From an uncultured Pseudomonadota bacterium (lineage in GTDB: Bacteria; Oederibacteriota; Muellerivitia; Muellerivitales; Muellerivitaceae), in contig CAWIIP010000002.1 in assembly GCA_963836235.1 (NCBI GenBank), positions 50,025 through 114,024 on the forward strand: DNA of 64,000 nucleotides. Direction: 5' to 3'. A model generated the notes under the pieces. The model was not told the DNA's origin. It did no database searches and saw only the letters and a list, made by a program, of their open reading frames with translations. How positions within the stretch are numbered: position 1 is the first letter of the stretch; every line of letters begins with the position of its first letter. Below are positions 29,956 through 39,542 of this stretch, piece by piece. Position numbers and translations under genes: made by a program.

Positions 29956-31002
29956 TTAAAATTGCTTTAGGAACCTTAGGTCGTTCTGATAAAAAAGGCG
30001 AACATCGTCGATATCATACTTGAACATAGCGATACGCTCCACACCCATTCCAAAGGCAAATCCGCTCCATTTTTCAGAATCGATACCGCAATTATTAAAA
30101 ACCGCCGGGTCGATCATTCCACACCCCATCATTTCGACCCACCCCGATTGCTTACAGATTCGGCAGCCTTTCCCATCGCAAAAAACACAGGAAATATCCA
30201 TTTCAGCGCTCGGCTCAGTAAAGGGAAAAAAGCTCGGGCGAAAACGGGTTTTAATTTTGGACCCAAAAAGCTTTTTAATAAAGACATCCAGTATCCCTTT
30301 CAAATTCCCGAAATGAATCCCTTGATCGACAAGAAATCCCTCCACTTGGTGAAAAATATGATGGTGGGTCGCGTCAATGGCCTCATTCCGGTAAACCCTT
30401 CCCGGGGCGATGACTTTATAGGGAGGTTTTAATTGCTCCATTACCCGAATTTGGATGGGAGAAGTGTGGGTTCGCATCAAGATGTCCTTTTGCAAATAAA
30501 AGGTATCTTGGGCGTCCCTGGCCGGATGATCCGGAGGAAAATTCAGAGCCAGGAAATTATAATAATCCGTTTCCACATCCGGACCCTCAACCAGATCAAA
30601 ACCAAAGCTCTTGAAAATATCGCAAATCTCTTTATGAACGGCAGTGATAGGATGGGACTTTCCAAGTGGAATTTTCCTGCCGGGTAAGGTGGGATCCCAT
30701 TCCGGCGATACCGATGAAGTGTTTTGGCTTTCAAGTTCTTCCTTTTTCTTGTCGATTAAGGAAGTAAGGCTACTTTTAATTTCATTCCCTACTTTGCCAA
30801 CTCCAGGACGAATATTAGGATTAAGCATGCTTAATTGTTTAAGATAATCGGTAATATCACCATTTTTCCCAAGGTAAAAAACACGAATTTCTTCCAGCAC
30901 ATTGATAGCTTTTGCTTCAGTGATCTTATTTTTGGCCTCTTGTTCAAGCACACGAAGGTCAAGAACGACGGGAATATTTTCAATGGTTTCGTCGTTAATC
31001 AC
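29956..31002 (-). CDS. pheS: Phenylalanine--tRNA ligase alpha subunit
   Basis: HPI..V, FRPSFFPFTEPSAE and GFAFGMGVERIAM class II motifs. GTG start. Confidence 0.92.
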   Translation of the reverse strand: MINDETIENIPVVLDLRVLEQEAKNKITEAKAINVLEEIRVFYLGKNGDITDYLKQLSMLNPNIRPGVGKVGNEIKSSLTSLIDKKKEELESQNTSSVSPEWDPTLPGRKIPLGKSHPITAVHKEICDIFKSFGFDLVEGPDVETDYYNFLALNFPPDHPARDAQDTFYLQKDILMRTHTSPIQIRVMEQLKPPYKVIAPGRVYRNEAIDATHHHIFHQVEGFLVDQGIHFGNLKGILDVFIKKLFGSKIKTRFRPSFFPFTEPSAEMDISCVFCDGKGCRICKQSGWVEMMGCGMIDPAVFNNCGIDSEKWSGFAFGMGVERIAMFKYDIDDVRLFYQNDLRFLKQF

Positions 31003-31086
31003 ACAAAACCTCTTTATTGAATAGATATACGGCGAACACGAATGAATATTATTTAGTTTTCAAGAAAAAATTGCACTAAGAAAAAA

Positions 31087-31245
31087 TCAGGAAGGCAAAT
31101 CCAACGGAACCAGCTTTTCAACAGCTTCAATCTTTTTAGAGTAGCGCAAATAATCCTTAACGGAGCCGGTTTTCTCAAAACGCTCCCACAAAAATTCCGG
31201 GTTTTCAGGGAAAGATGTTCGAGATTCGGTTTGGCTTTTTTCCAT
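31087..31245 (-). CDS. Small protein (52 aa), possibly YqzL-like
   Basis: Own translation, below the track's 60-aa cutoff: MEKSQTESRTSFPENPEFLWERFEKTGSVKDYLRYSKKIEAVEKLVPLDLPS. The F-x-W-x-x-F-x-x-TG-x-x-x-x-YL-x-Y pattern recalls the YqzL family (from memory). More protein-like than the overlapping 77-aa track ORF. Confidence 0.4.
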   Translation of the reverse strand: MEKSQTESRTSFPENPEFLWERFEKTGSVKDYLRYSKKIEAVEKLVPLDLPS

Positions 31246-31301
31246 GATTTACACTGCTCTTTTTCAGGATTTTTGAAGTGTATCACCGCCTTAATGGAGA
31301 G

Positions 31302-32120
31302 TCAAGAAACCGGGTGCTGAAAGCTAGACCAGAACAACGCAAGACTGGCTGCCACCGCCACATTGAGGGATTCTACCTTTCCGCCCATGGGAATGCTCGT
31401 CCGTTCATCGCAAGATTCCGTCAATTCATCAGGCAAACCCAACCCTTCCGAGCCAACCCAAAATGCCAAGGGTGTCGGAAGTTTTACTTCCGGTAAGGTT
31501 CGATTTCCCCCTAGGGTCAAGGCGATGGAATGAATATTTTTTTCTTTGAACCAAGCTTGATAGGTTTCCCATTTTTCGTTTTGGACCAAAGGTACCCGAA
31601 ACAAGGAACCCATAGAGGCTCTTACCACCTTCGGATTGAAGGGATCACAACAACCCTCGGTCAAAAACAATCCTTGTACGCCAAAAGCCTCGGCAGATCT
31701 AAAGATAGTTCCCATATTACCTGCGTCTTGAATTTGATAAAGTCCCAGGATACGGGTAAAGGGTGGTCCAGGCCAAACCGGATCTATCTTTTGGGCAACC
31801 GCCAGGATTCCTTGTGGAGTGACTGTATCTGAAATATAGACAATAATTTTAGAAGGAACTTCAAAACATTTAATTTTTTCTCGATGGGCCGCCACATAAA
31901 GTCTTTCCCCTTCAGGGCATCTCCAGGCTTCAGCAGTTCCGAAAATAAAGCGAAGGCGCAGGCCGCTTTTGAGGGCTTCTTCCACTAAATGAAACCCCTC
32001 GCACAAAAAGTCATCACTCTGTTTTGATTTCTTGGGAATCTTTAGTGAATAAGCATGCTTCACCATTGAATTTTGAACGCTTTGGATGGAAGGCAAGGAG
32101 GGCATTGACTTTTCCCACAA
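31302..32120 (-). CDS. SpoU/TrmH-family RNA 2'-O-methyltransferase
   Basis: DAGNMGTIFRSAEAFG, FWVGSEGLGL and IPM.G.VESLNVAVAA motifs. Start is either TTG 32120 or ATG 32105. Confidence 0.8.
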   Translation of the reverse strand: MWEKSMPSLPSIQSVQNSMVKHAYSLKIPKKSKQSDDFLCEGFHLVEEALKSGLRLRFIFGTAEAWRCPEGERLYVAAHREKIKCFEVPSKIIVYISDTVTPQGILAVAQKIDPVWPGPPFTRILGLYQIQDAGNMGTIFRSAEAFGVQGLFLTEGCCDPFNPKVVRASMGSLFRVPLVQNEKWETYQAWFKEKNIHSIALTLGGNRTLPEVKLPTPLAFWVGSEGLGLPDELTESCDERTSIPMGGKVESLNVAVAASLALFWSSFQHPVS

Positions 32121-32183
32121 TCATAAAAAAACACCCTTCAAGAATCGTAACATCGAAGGGTGTTTGGTTTGAAAAACCTAATT

Positions 32184-32543
32184 TTAAGAAACTTTCGCCT
32201 TTTTAGACTCTTCGACCAATTGAGTGAAAGCCTTGGGATCGCTCAGGGCCAGATCCGCCAATACTTTACGGTCCAAATCAATCGAAGCCAACTTCAAGCC
32301 CCGAATAAAGGTGCTATAGGACATGCCATACTCACGGACGGCTGCGTTAATACGGGTGATCCAAAGCCGACGGAACTCCCGCTTGCGAGCCTTGCGATCG
32401 CGGAAAGCGTAATTTCCAGATCTTTTGCTAGCTTCCCGAACCGTTCTGTATTGACGGCTCTTTGCCCCAAAATAACCTTTGGTGAGTTTGAAAAACTTCT
32501 TCTTTCGTTTTCGTTTTGCGACAGCCCTTTTTATTCTTGCCAT
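32184..32543 (-). CDS. rplT: 50S ribosomal protein L20
   Basis: [33 protein letters not shown].. Confidence 0.95.
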   Translation of the reverse strand: MARIKRAVAKRKRKKKFFKLTKGYFGAKSRQYRTVREASKRSGNYAFRDRKARKREFRRLWITRINAAVREYGMSYSTFIRGLKLASIDLDRKVLADLALSDPKAFTQLVEESKKAKVS

Positions 32544-32555
32544 CTTTCTCTCCCC

Positions 32556-32756
32556 TTACAACCGAATCATTTTTTTAATCTTGACGGCCGCAGTATTGCT
32601 AAGAACCGGCTGCCGTTTTAATTGTCTCTTTTTTTTCGAAGACTTATGGGCCAGCAAATGACCCCTTCCTTGGTTTTTCTTGACCATCACTTTACCGGTT
32701 CCGGTGATTTTGAATCTTTTCATGATGCTCTTTTTAGACTTCGGACCTTTACCCAT
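32556..32756 (-). CDS. rpmI: 50S ribosomal protein L35
   Basis: ..KRFKITGTGKVMVKKNQGRGHLL.HKS.KKKR.L. Confidence 0.93.
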   Translation of the reverse strand: MGKGPKSKKSIMKRFKITGTGKVMVKKNQGRGHLLAHKSSKKKRQLKRQPVLSNTAAVKIKKMIRL

Positions 32757-33321
32757 TTTTCTCTTCCGTTTCCGTTAAATCTTCTTTAACTAAGGCCTTA
32801 TGTGGCACAATCTTGGAATTAAAAACAGCCACAATCTGCATTCCTTCATCCTTCGGTGGAGCTTCTAATTCGGCAAATTCGCTCATATCGGAGACAATTC
32901 GGTCCATTAACTGCCGACCCAAATCCTTGTGACTCATTTCCCTTCCACGGAATTGCAAGGCAACTTTCACCTTATCCCCGTGGTCGCAAAAATTCCAAGC
33001 CATACGCAACTTCGTCTGATAATCGTGCTCATCAATCTTCGGGCGGATTTTGAGTTCTTTAACCTTTATAACTCTTTGTTTTTTTGAGGCTTCTTTCTCT
33101 TTTTTTCGCTGTGCGTATCTGAATTTTCCATAATTCAAGATACGACAAACAGGAGGAACGCCTTCGGGCGCAACTTCCACCAAATCAAGGTTTCTTGCGC
33201 GGGCAGTGGCAAGAGCATTACTGATATCGACAATTCCAAGCTGTTCACCCGCATCGCCCACTAGGCGAACCTGTCGGGCACGAATTTGATGATTGATCCT
33301 TAATTCTTTTGACGAAGAAAT
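32749..33321 (-). CDS. infC: Translation initiation factor IF-3, ATT start codon
   Basis: The track ORF begins at an internal GTG. In-frame upstream reading gives (ATT)SSSKELRINHQIRARQVRLVGDAGEQLGIV.., with GGAGGT 8 nt before the ATT at 33321-33319. An AUU start is the classic IF-3 autoregulatory feature. Confidence 0.85.
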   Translation of the reverse strand: MSSSKELRINHQIRARQVRLVGDAGEQLGIVDISNALATARARNLDLVEVAPEGVPPVCRILNYGKFRYAQRKKEKEASKKQRVIKVKELKIRPKIDEHDYQTKLRMAWNFCDHGDKVKVALQFRGREMSHKDLGRQLMDRIVSDMSEFAELEAPPKDEGMQIVAVFNSKIVPHKALVKEDLTETEEKNG

Positions 33322-33346
33322 GTGTAGTTACCTCCAAAAAGATTGA

Positions 33347-33386
33347 TAAAAAAAAAGACCGACTTCGCAAGGCGAAATCCGTCTTA
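33347..33386 (-). terminator. Leader hairpin plus U9 tract immediately upstream of the infC RBS (attenuator candidate, L20-leader-like logic)
   Basis: Minus strand reads AAGACGGATTTCGCCTTGCGAAGTCGGTCTT followed by TTTTTTTTT. It forms an imperfect stem with a GCGAA/TTCGC core. Confidence 0.5.
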
Positions 33387-33490
33387 AAAATGAAAATATC
33401 CAAGACATCTATGAAGCTGGATACTATCAAAACCCGTTCGCGCCTAAAAGGGCTTAAGGTGAGGGACGGAGGCCCCTGCTTGAGGGTGAG

Positions 33491-33519
33491 ATATTAGCCT
33501 TGTGGATTTTTTTTGTCAA
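33491..33519 (-). promoter_or_regulatory. Sigma70-type promoter for infC-rpmI-rplT
   Basis: Minus strand has TTGACA, a 17-nt spacer and TAATAT, starting 18 nt after the thrS stop. Confidence 0.6.
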
Positions 33520-33536
33520 AGGATTTTTAGCCAAAA

Positions 33537-35363
33537 TCACAGTGGCAATTCAATGTCTTCAAAATTATCCATGAATCTTTGTTGTATTAATGCCAAAAGT
33601 GCGTTTTTTGCTTTTTCGGAAGTCACCTGGGTCTGTTTTTCGACTGCGTAACGGCGCCAAGTAACCGTTTGATCCTTCACTTCATTGGCGCCTACAATCC
33701 ATATATTTGGAATTTTCTTCGTAATGGCGTTCCTAACCTTTTTAGAAAAAGAGTCATTAGTCAAATCCACCTCTGACCGAACCATTGAGTCTCGCAACTC
33801 CAAGGCCAGTTTTTCGGCGTAAGGCAGAAAATCTTCTGCCACCGGCACAATTCGTACCTGAATTGGCGACAAAAATGTCGGAAAAGCTCCGCCCCATAAC
33901 TCAATCAAAAACGAAATAAACCTTTCGTGAGTACTAAGAGGAGATCTATGAATGATGAGTGGTTTTTGTTTAGAGCCGTCAGCGGCCGAATATTCCAAGT
34001 TGAACCTTTCAGGGTTTGAAAAATCCAATTGAACGGTTGAAATAGTTTCTTCCCTTCCCAGGACATTTTCAGTTTGGTAATCAATCTTGGGGCCATAAAA
34101 GGCCGCTTCCCCAATGGCCTCTTCGTATTCGACATTCAATTCCCGCAAAACTTCCCTTAAGGTATTTTCCGTTTTTGTCCAAAGCTCTTCGTTATCAACA
34201 AATTTTTCTTTGTCCTGATCATGAAGGGATAATCGGATCCAGATTTTATTCATCCTGAATTTTTCGTAGTAATTTTTGGTCAAAGCGACAACTTTTTTGA
34301 TTTCTTGCTTGACTTGGGCCACCGTACAATAAATATGTGCGTCATTCTGAGTGAGCCCTCGAACCCGCAACAATCCCGCCAATTGTCCGGATTTTTCATA
34401 ACGATATACGGTTCCATACTCGGCCAACCGTAATGGCAATTCGCGATAACTCCGCGGGCGGTTAAGGTAAATCATGTGATGATGGGGGCAATTCATCGGT
34501 TTCAAATAAAATTCTTCAGAAGGCGCCTCCGGATCCTTTTCAACGCTTCTCATGGGGGGGAACATGGATTCTTTATAAAGAGGAAGATGTCCAGAAAGTT
34601 TGTAAAGTTCCCCGTTGGCGATGTGAGGTGTGGCCACGCGAACATATCCGTCCTTGAATTCCAAATCCTTAGCTAAACTCTCCAGCTCATCCCGAATGAT
34701 CGTACCATTGGGAAGCCAAAGCGGAAGGCCCTTCCCAACCTCCTCACTGAAAGTAAAAAGTTCCAGCTCTTGGCCCAACTTTCGATGGTCCCGTTTCAAG
34801 GCCAGTTCACGGTTTCTAATGAATTCTTTTAATTCGCTCTCACTGGGAAAAGCCAATCCATAAATGCGGGTCAGCATAGGACGCTTCGAGTCGCCCCGCC
34901 AGTAACTTCCTGCGATGGAATCCAACTTGAATGACATGACAGGAATTTTAGAGGTGTCGAAAACATGGGGGCCCTCACACATATCGACGAAAGGACCGCT
35001 GGTATAAAAACTGAGGGCGACATTTGTTTCCAGGAGTTCCTTTGCATATTCAGCTTTTAAGCCCTGCCCCATCGACGCCAACTTTTCAAGAGCTTGATCC
35101 TTAGGTAAATCTTCTCTTTTGAATTCCTGCTTTTCCTGAATGATTTTGCGCATTCGCTTTTCTAAATCAGGAAGGTCATTTTCGGTTAGCGGTTCTTCCA
35201 AAAGCATGTCGTAATAAAAACCAGTACGGATCGGGGGGCCAAAACCCAATTGGGCTCTGGGACGAACCTGTAACACAGCCTCGGCCAAGATGTGGGCAAG
35301 TGAATGTCGCATCTTGAGAAGTGATTCGTCCATTTTAAATTTAGGCTCGTGTTTTTCAGACAT
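33537..35363 (-). CDS. thrS: Threonine--tRNA ligase (608 aa, starts at the editing domain; no TGS domain)
   Basis: MRHSLAHILAEAV (HxxxH editing motif) within the first 30 aa. Class II core and anticodon-binding C-terminus. Confidence 0.92.
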   Translation of the reverse strand: MSEKHEPKFKMDESLLKMRHSLAHILAEAVLQVRPRAQLGFGPPIRTGFYYDMLLEEPLTENDLPDLEKRMRKIIQEKQEFKREDLPKDQALEKLASMGQGLKAEYAKELLETNVALSFYTSGPFVDMCEGPHVFDTSKIPVMSFKLDSIAGSYWRGDSKRPMLTRIYGLAFPSESELKEFIRNRELALKRDHRKLGQELELFTFSEEVGKGLPLWLPNGTIIRDELESLAKDLEFKDGYVRVATPHIANGELYKLSGHLPLYKESMFPPMRSVEKDPEAPSEEFYLKPMNCPHHHMIYLNRPRSYRELPLRLAEYGTVYRYEKSGQLAGLLRVRGLTQNDAHIYCTVAQVKQEIKKVVALTKNYYEKFRMNKIWIRLSLHDQDKEKFVDNEELWTKTENTLREVLRELNVEYEEAIGEAAFYGPKIDYQTENVLGREETISTVQLDFSNPERFNLEYSAADGSKQKPLIIHRSPLSTHERFISFLIELWGGAFPTFLSPIQVRIVPVAEDFLPYAEKLALELRDSMVRSEVDLTNDSFSKKVRNAITKKIPNIWIVGANEVKDQTVTWRRYAVEKQTQVTSEKAKNALLALIQQRFMDNFEDIELPL

Positions 35364-35467
35364 GGATCCGCCTAGGTCAAAGAGAAAAGTTGAAGAACAT
35401 TAAATACGGTCGTCGGATTTCGGGAAACATTCTTCGAACAAAACCTCAGATCAATTGAAGCGAAGAA

Positions 35468-35544
35468 TGGTGGGCGTAACTGGACTCGAACCAGTGACCC
35501 CTTCCATGTCAAGGAAGTACTCTAACCAGCTGAGCTATACGCCC
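35468..35544 (-). tRNA. tRNA-Val (anticodon GAC), CCA encoded
   Basis: Hand-folded: GGGCGTA acceptor, anticodon arm CTTCC-TTGACAT-GGAAG, T arm ACTGG-TTCGAGT-CCAGT, then TACGCCC-A-CCA. Confidence 0.9.
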
Positions 35545-35641
35545 CCAATATCCCTACCATTACCCGTTTCAACTTTCAAAGAAACGAACCCTATCTTATA
35601 AAGCTTTCATCCATTCGTTTCAACATTTTTGAAAATTTTTA

Positions 35642-36313
35642 TTACATCAAGACATTTTTAATGGTGTCCGAGAAATCCGAAAACTTATCGTTATAATCCT
35701 TCTCGCTCAGGCGAATGACTTCAAACGCTTCTTCCCTCCCATAGGTATGGGCAATTTCTGTTTTGCCTAAATTGACCGACGGAAAATCTTTGTAGGTCAG
35801 GAAATAATGGCGAAGACGATCTATGAGGTTGTGAGGGCAATCGTTAATGTCCGCCATATTTCCATAAACTAGGTCACTCCGCAGGACCGCAATGATCTTG
35901 TCATCCGCTTCCCCATTATCGATCATCCGTAGTCCGCCAATCGGCTTGGCTTCCACCATAATGTCACTTTTGAAAATCGGCCTCTCAGACAAAATACAGA
36001 TATCTAGCGGATCCATATCCCCGGTGATCTTGTCAAGCTTCATTTTCTTCGCAAAATATTCGGACACTTTTGGTCCACAATAGGTCCGCGGGATAAAACC
36101 ATAGAGCGACGGGCATTGGCTGGAAAAAGCTTGGGGTCGGTCCACTTTCAAAAAACCAGTTGTCTTATCCACTTCATACTTGACCATATCCGTTGGGGTG
36201 ATTTCAACATAAGCGTTAACCACTGTCGGTGCATTTTTTCCAATATCCATCCCATGCCAGGGATGATGGCGAAACAAAAACCGTGAATATTTGGAAAAAA
36301 TGTCATCGGCCAT
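35642..36313 (-). CDS. ppa: Family I inorganic pyrophosphatase (long, 223 aa)
   Basis: VEI...KYE, DMDPLD and DNGEADDKIIAV motifs. Confidence 0.8.
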   Translation of the reverse strand: MADDIFSKYSRFLFRHHPWHGMDIGKNAPTVVNAYVEITPTDMVKYEVDKTTGFLKVDRPQAFSSQCPSLYGFIPRTYCGPKVSEYFAKKMKLDKITGDMDPLDICILSERPIFKSDIMVEAKPIGGLRMIDNGEADDKIIAVLRSDLVYGNMADINDCPHNLIDRLRHYFLTYKDFPSVNLGKTEIAHTYGREEAFEVIRLSEKDYNDKFSDFSDTIKNVLM

Positions 36314-36503
36314 TTAAAACTCCAACCTAGGTTGATCAAAGCTATTCTGTGCTTCCAAAAGGATGGCACGATTCTATCCAACTAGATCAGTCTGTCTACT
36401 TTTTATTTCGAAACATCAATCAAAGACTTCCGAATAATGCCCCCATCAGAAACGATCAAACTAGGCCCAGTTTACTTAAAAGTCTGCATGATAAGGTCCA
36501 TAA

Positions 36504-38072
36504 TTAAGGCTGGTGGGCTGGTTTTAAAAGGTCGAAAACCGTTTTAACTGGAGTGAAAGTTTCTATCGGAACCTCGATGAACATCGTCACCCAATTGGCC
36601 ATAGCCCCGTTCCACAATCCAGGTAGTTCCAACGCTTTTAATTCACGACCTTCAAAGGATTTATGACTAATAAAAACCGCATTAGGGTCCCGGTATTTTC
36701 TCAAATCAAAAGCTCTTCCCTTCCAATCCCGGACACCACAAATCAAATCCACCGGATTGAAATGGGTTGAACTCTCAAATATTTTTTTCTGTTTTACATT
36801 AGCCCAATCAACTTGAGCGCTTTCAACAATTTGCAATGAAAGTTTTCCTTTTTCGTCTCTCACCCAAAAAGGGCCGCCGCCCGGTTCACCACTTGCCGGA
36901 ACAACGCCACAAACACGGATCGGCCGATTTAGGTATGCCTTCAATCGTTGGGCCTGTTGTCTATTGGTTAAGTGGTTAAAATCCTTTCCAAGTTCCAACC
37001 TAAGCGTTCGTCTGGCAAACTCTTCGGCCTCCAGCAAAACGCCTCTCCTGATTTTTCGATTATGAAGTTTAACCATCATTTTAAATAAATAAGACTGGAC
37101 TCCCGACAAGTAACCGCCCAGGATTTTCTTCCACTGGACCGTTTCCTCCAAGTGTTGTTCTAAAGCCACATTATCGATATTCTTGATAAAAACGAGGTCT
37201 CCTTTGAGCCTATTTAAATTTTCCAAAAGGGCCCCATGCCCCGAAGGACGGAAGACCAAATTTCCCTTTCGATCTCGAAAAGGTTGGCTTTGTGTGTCAG
37301 CAGCCAAAGTATTGGTACCGGATTCCTGGATCGAAAAATCGACGTCAAACTTTACGCCGTATTTTTTCTCATATTTCTCTCGGACTAACATAAAGTGATT
37401 TCGACACTGATCCTTATGTTCTTCCGATACAGTAAAATGTATTTGGCATTGCTTCCTCCTGTCCTTCACATACTGGACACCTTCAACCAGATGCTCTTCC
37501 AAAGGAGTCCGTTTTTCTGAGGAATAAGCATGAAACTGGATTAGGCCTTTTGGTTTTTGTGAATAGTTCAGCCCTTCCGGTAACAACAAGGCCTTCAATA
37601 TTTCCTGAAAGCGCCCTTCCCGACGTAAGGTTTCCAGGTCTAACCGTTTCTTGGCGAGCGTGTGGCCAAGTTCGTCAAAAAATGCGATTTTGGATAATGA
37701 TTCCATAAAATCAAGGAACTGACAGCTTTCCTTTTCTCCATGTAAAACCTCAGCCTTGAGAGACGCCGCGGAAAAAGGTTCCCGCTGCAAAAATTTCATG
37801 AGCAAGTGAAACATGCGGCTGGCGGCACCAGAAGCTGGCACAAATTTAGTAAGTTTTCCTTTGGAAACGGCCTTCTCGTAGGTTTTTAAAGCTTCTTTTT
37901 TTTCAGCGGAACTTAATCGGCGAATGCCATCATCAACTTGAGCCGGACGTTCTAATTGGATAAAAGAGGGAGGATTTCGAAAAAGACAGAGTTGCCGTGA
38001 AGCTTCCTTGAGATCAATACCCAAGGATCTCATCTGTTTAATATCTTTCGGGGTCCAGTCGAAGGATTTCAC
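36504..38072 (-). CDS. DUF4301-like protein (522 aa), function unknown
   Basis: N-terminal pattern F.W..KDI.Q....GI.L.E...QL..F.N.P....L.RPA...DGI..L matches my recollection of DUF4301. GTG start. Not verified. Confidence 0.45.
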   Translation of the reverse strand: MKSFDWTPKDIKQMRSLGIDLKEASRQLCLFRNPPSFIQLERPAQVDDGIRRLSSAEKKEALKTYEKAVSKGKLTKFVPASGAASRMFHLLMKFLQREPFSAASLKAEVLHGEKESCQFLDFMESLSKIAFFDELGHTLAKKRLDLETLRREGRFQEILKALLLPEGLNYSQKPKGLIQFHAYSSEKRTPLEEHLVEGVQYVKDRRKQCQIHFTVSEEHKDQCRNHFMLVREKYEKKYGVKFDVDFSIQESGTNTLAADTQSQPFRDRKGNLVFRPSGHGALLENLNRLKGDLVFIKNIDNVALEQHLEETVQWKKILGGYLSGVQSYLFKMMVKLHNRKIRRGVLLEAEEFARRTLRLELGKDFNHLTNRQQAQRLKAYLNRPIRVCGVVPASGEPGGGPFWVRDEKGKLSLQIVESAQVDWANVKQKKIFESSTHFNPVDLICGVRDWKGRAFDLRKYRDPNAVFISHKSFEGRELKALELPGLWNGAMANWVTMFIEVPIETFTPVKTVFDLLKPAHQP

Positions 38073-38188
38073 GAGGCACCTTCAAAATACAAATAGCATT
38101 TATACCATTTAAAGCCAAAAGAGCATTCGACAAAACTACCAAATCCTGTCCCACAAGTAACAACTAAATTTATTTAAAAAATTAAATT

Positions 38189-38264
38189 TGGAGGCGGCAG
38201 GCGGATTTGAACCGCCGAATCGCGGTTTTGCAGACCGCTCCCTTAACCACTTGGGTATGCCGCC
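38189..38264 (-). tRNA. tRNA-Cys (anticodon GCA), CCA encoded
   Basis: Hand-folded: GGCGGCA acceptor, anticodon arm GCGGT-CTGCAAA-ACCGC, T arm GGCGG-TTCAAAT-CCGCC. Confidence 0.9.
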
Positions 38265-38362
38265 TCATGCTTCGAATTTAAACGAACAAGCCCAGACAAA
38301 GCCTGGGCTTTTGTAAAAATCCAGCCATCTTAGCCTTTAATCTCGCACTGAGAAAAAATAAA

Positions 38363-38437
<75 letters not shown>

Positions 38438-38573
38438 ATATCGGGGTATGATAAGCCCGATCAAATGGAGCGAAATTATACTTTCCCTAGCTTTCCGCGT
38501 CAATCAAGGCCCTTCAAAGTTGCCATTAGTAGCGATGACTTATATTTTTCCCGCATGGCAAAGATAAAATTTA

Positions 38574-39395
38574 TCAGTCTTTTTTCAAACCCAAATCTTT
38601 AACCACTTGTTCAATGATATCAGCATCAATATCTTCTCTTTTCAACAAGTAACCTTCCAGCATCGCATTATCGCAAGTCGTATTAATCAGGCGGGGAATA
38701 CCCTTGGTGTAATCGAAAATTCTTTGATAAGCATTTGGCGTGAAAACATCGCGTTCACAACCAGCCACACTCAACCGGTGCTTGATATATTGTTCCGTTG
38801 TTTCTCGGGTCAAAGATTTGATAAAAAATTTCATCGCAACCCGTTGCAAAAGTGGCGGGTCCAAGCCAAGGTACTTTTCCAACTCGGGAAGTCCTAGAAG
38901 AACGATGGAAATAAGCTTACGACCCGGCACTTCCAAGTTCAAAAGCCCTCGGAATTCTTCAAAAATTTCTTTTTTTTGAAGCATATTAGCTTCATCGATC
39001 AATACTACGGCTTTACGGCCTTCTTCATAAATTTTCATAAGGCGTTCGTAAAGTTGCGAAATAATTTGACCCTTACTTTCGCCAGGAGCATCCACGCCCA
39101 ATTGGTGCGCAATTTTCTTTAGCATCCATTCGGCTGAAATTTCACTATGGACGATAACGAGAAGGGTTGCCTCGTACTGAGAATCTTGCTCCAATTTTTC
39201 AAGGGCCTTGCGAGCTAATAAGGTTTTTCCCGCTCCGATATCACCCACCACTACCGTCAAGCCCTTCATTGTATCAACGGCGTGAAGCATACGAACCATA
39301 GCCTCAGCATGCTGACTGCTTTCAAAATAAAAGCGGCTATCAGGTGCATTGGAAAAGGCTTGTTCTTTTAATCCATAAAAGTTCTCGTAGCTCAT
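38574..39395 (-). CDS. ExeA/GspA/MshM-like AAA ATPase
   Basis: N-terminus MSYENFYGLKEQAFSNAPDSRFYFES..H.EA. Walker A GDIGAGKT, Walker B VVLIDEA. Confidence 0.75.
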   Translation of the reverse strand: MSYENFYGLKEQAFSNAPDSRFYFESSQHAEAMVRMLHAVDTMKGLTVVVGDIGAGKTLLARKALEKLEQDSQYEATLLVIVHSEISAEWMLKKIAHQLGVDAPGESKGQIISQLYERLMKIYEEGRKAVVLIDEANMLQKKEIFEEFRGLLNLEVPGRKLISIVLLGLPELEKYLGLDPPLLQRVAMKFFIKSLTRETTEQYIKHRLSVAGCERDVFTPNAYQRIFDYTKGIPRLINTTCDNAMLEGYLLKREDIDADIIEQVVKDLGLKKD

Positions 39396-39542
39396 CAGGT
39401 GTCCTTAAACAGGCCTTAAAAAGAGCTACAAGGCTGCCTGTCACCCTGAAACTCCAGCCTACCGGAAGCCGTCAGGTGGAATCTGGGATATGGGAAATAG
39501 ACCGAAGAGTTCCCTCGATGAAATTCCCTATTTATTTAAAAA

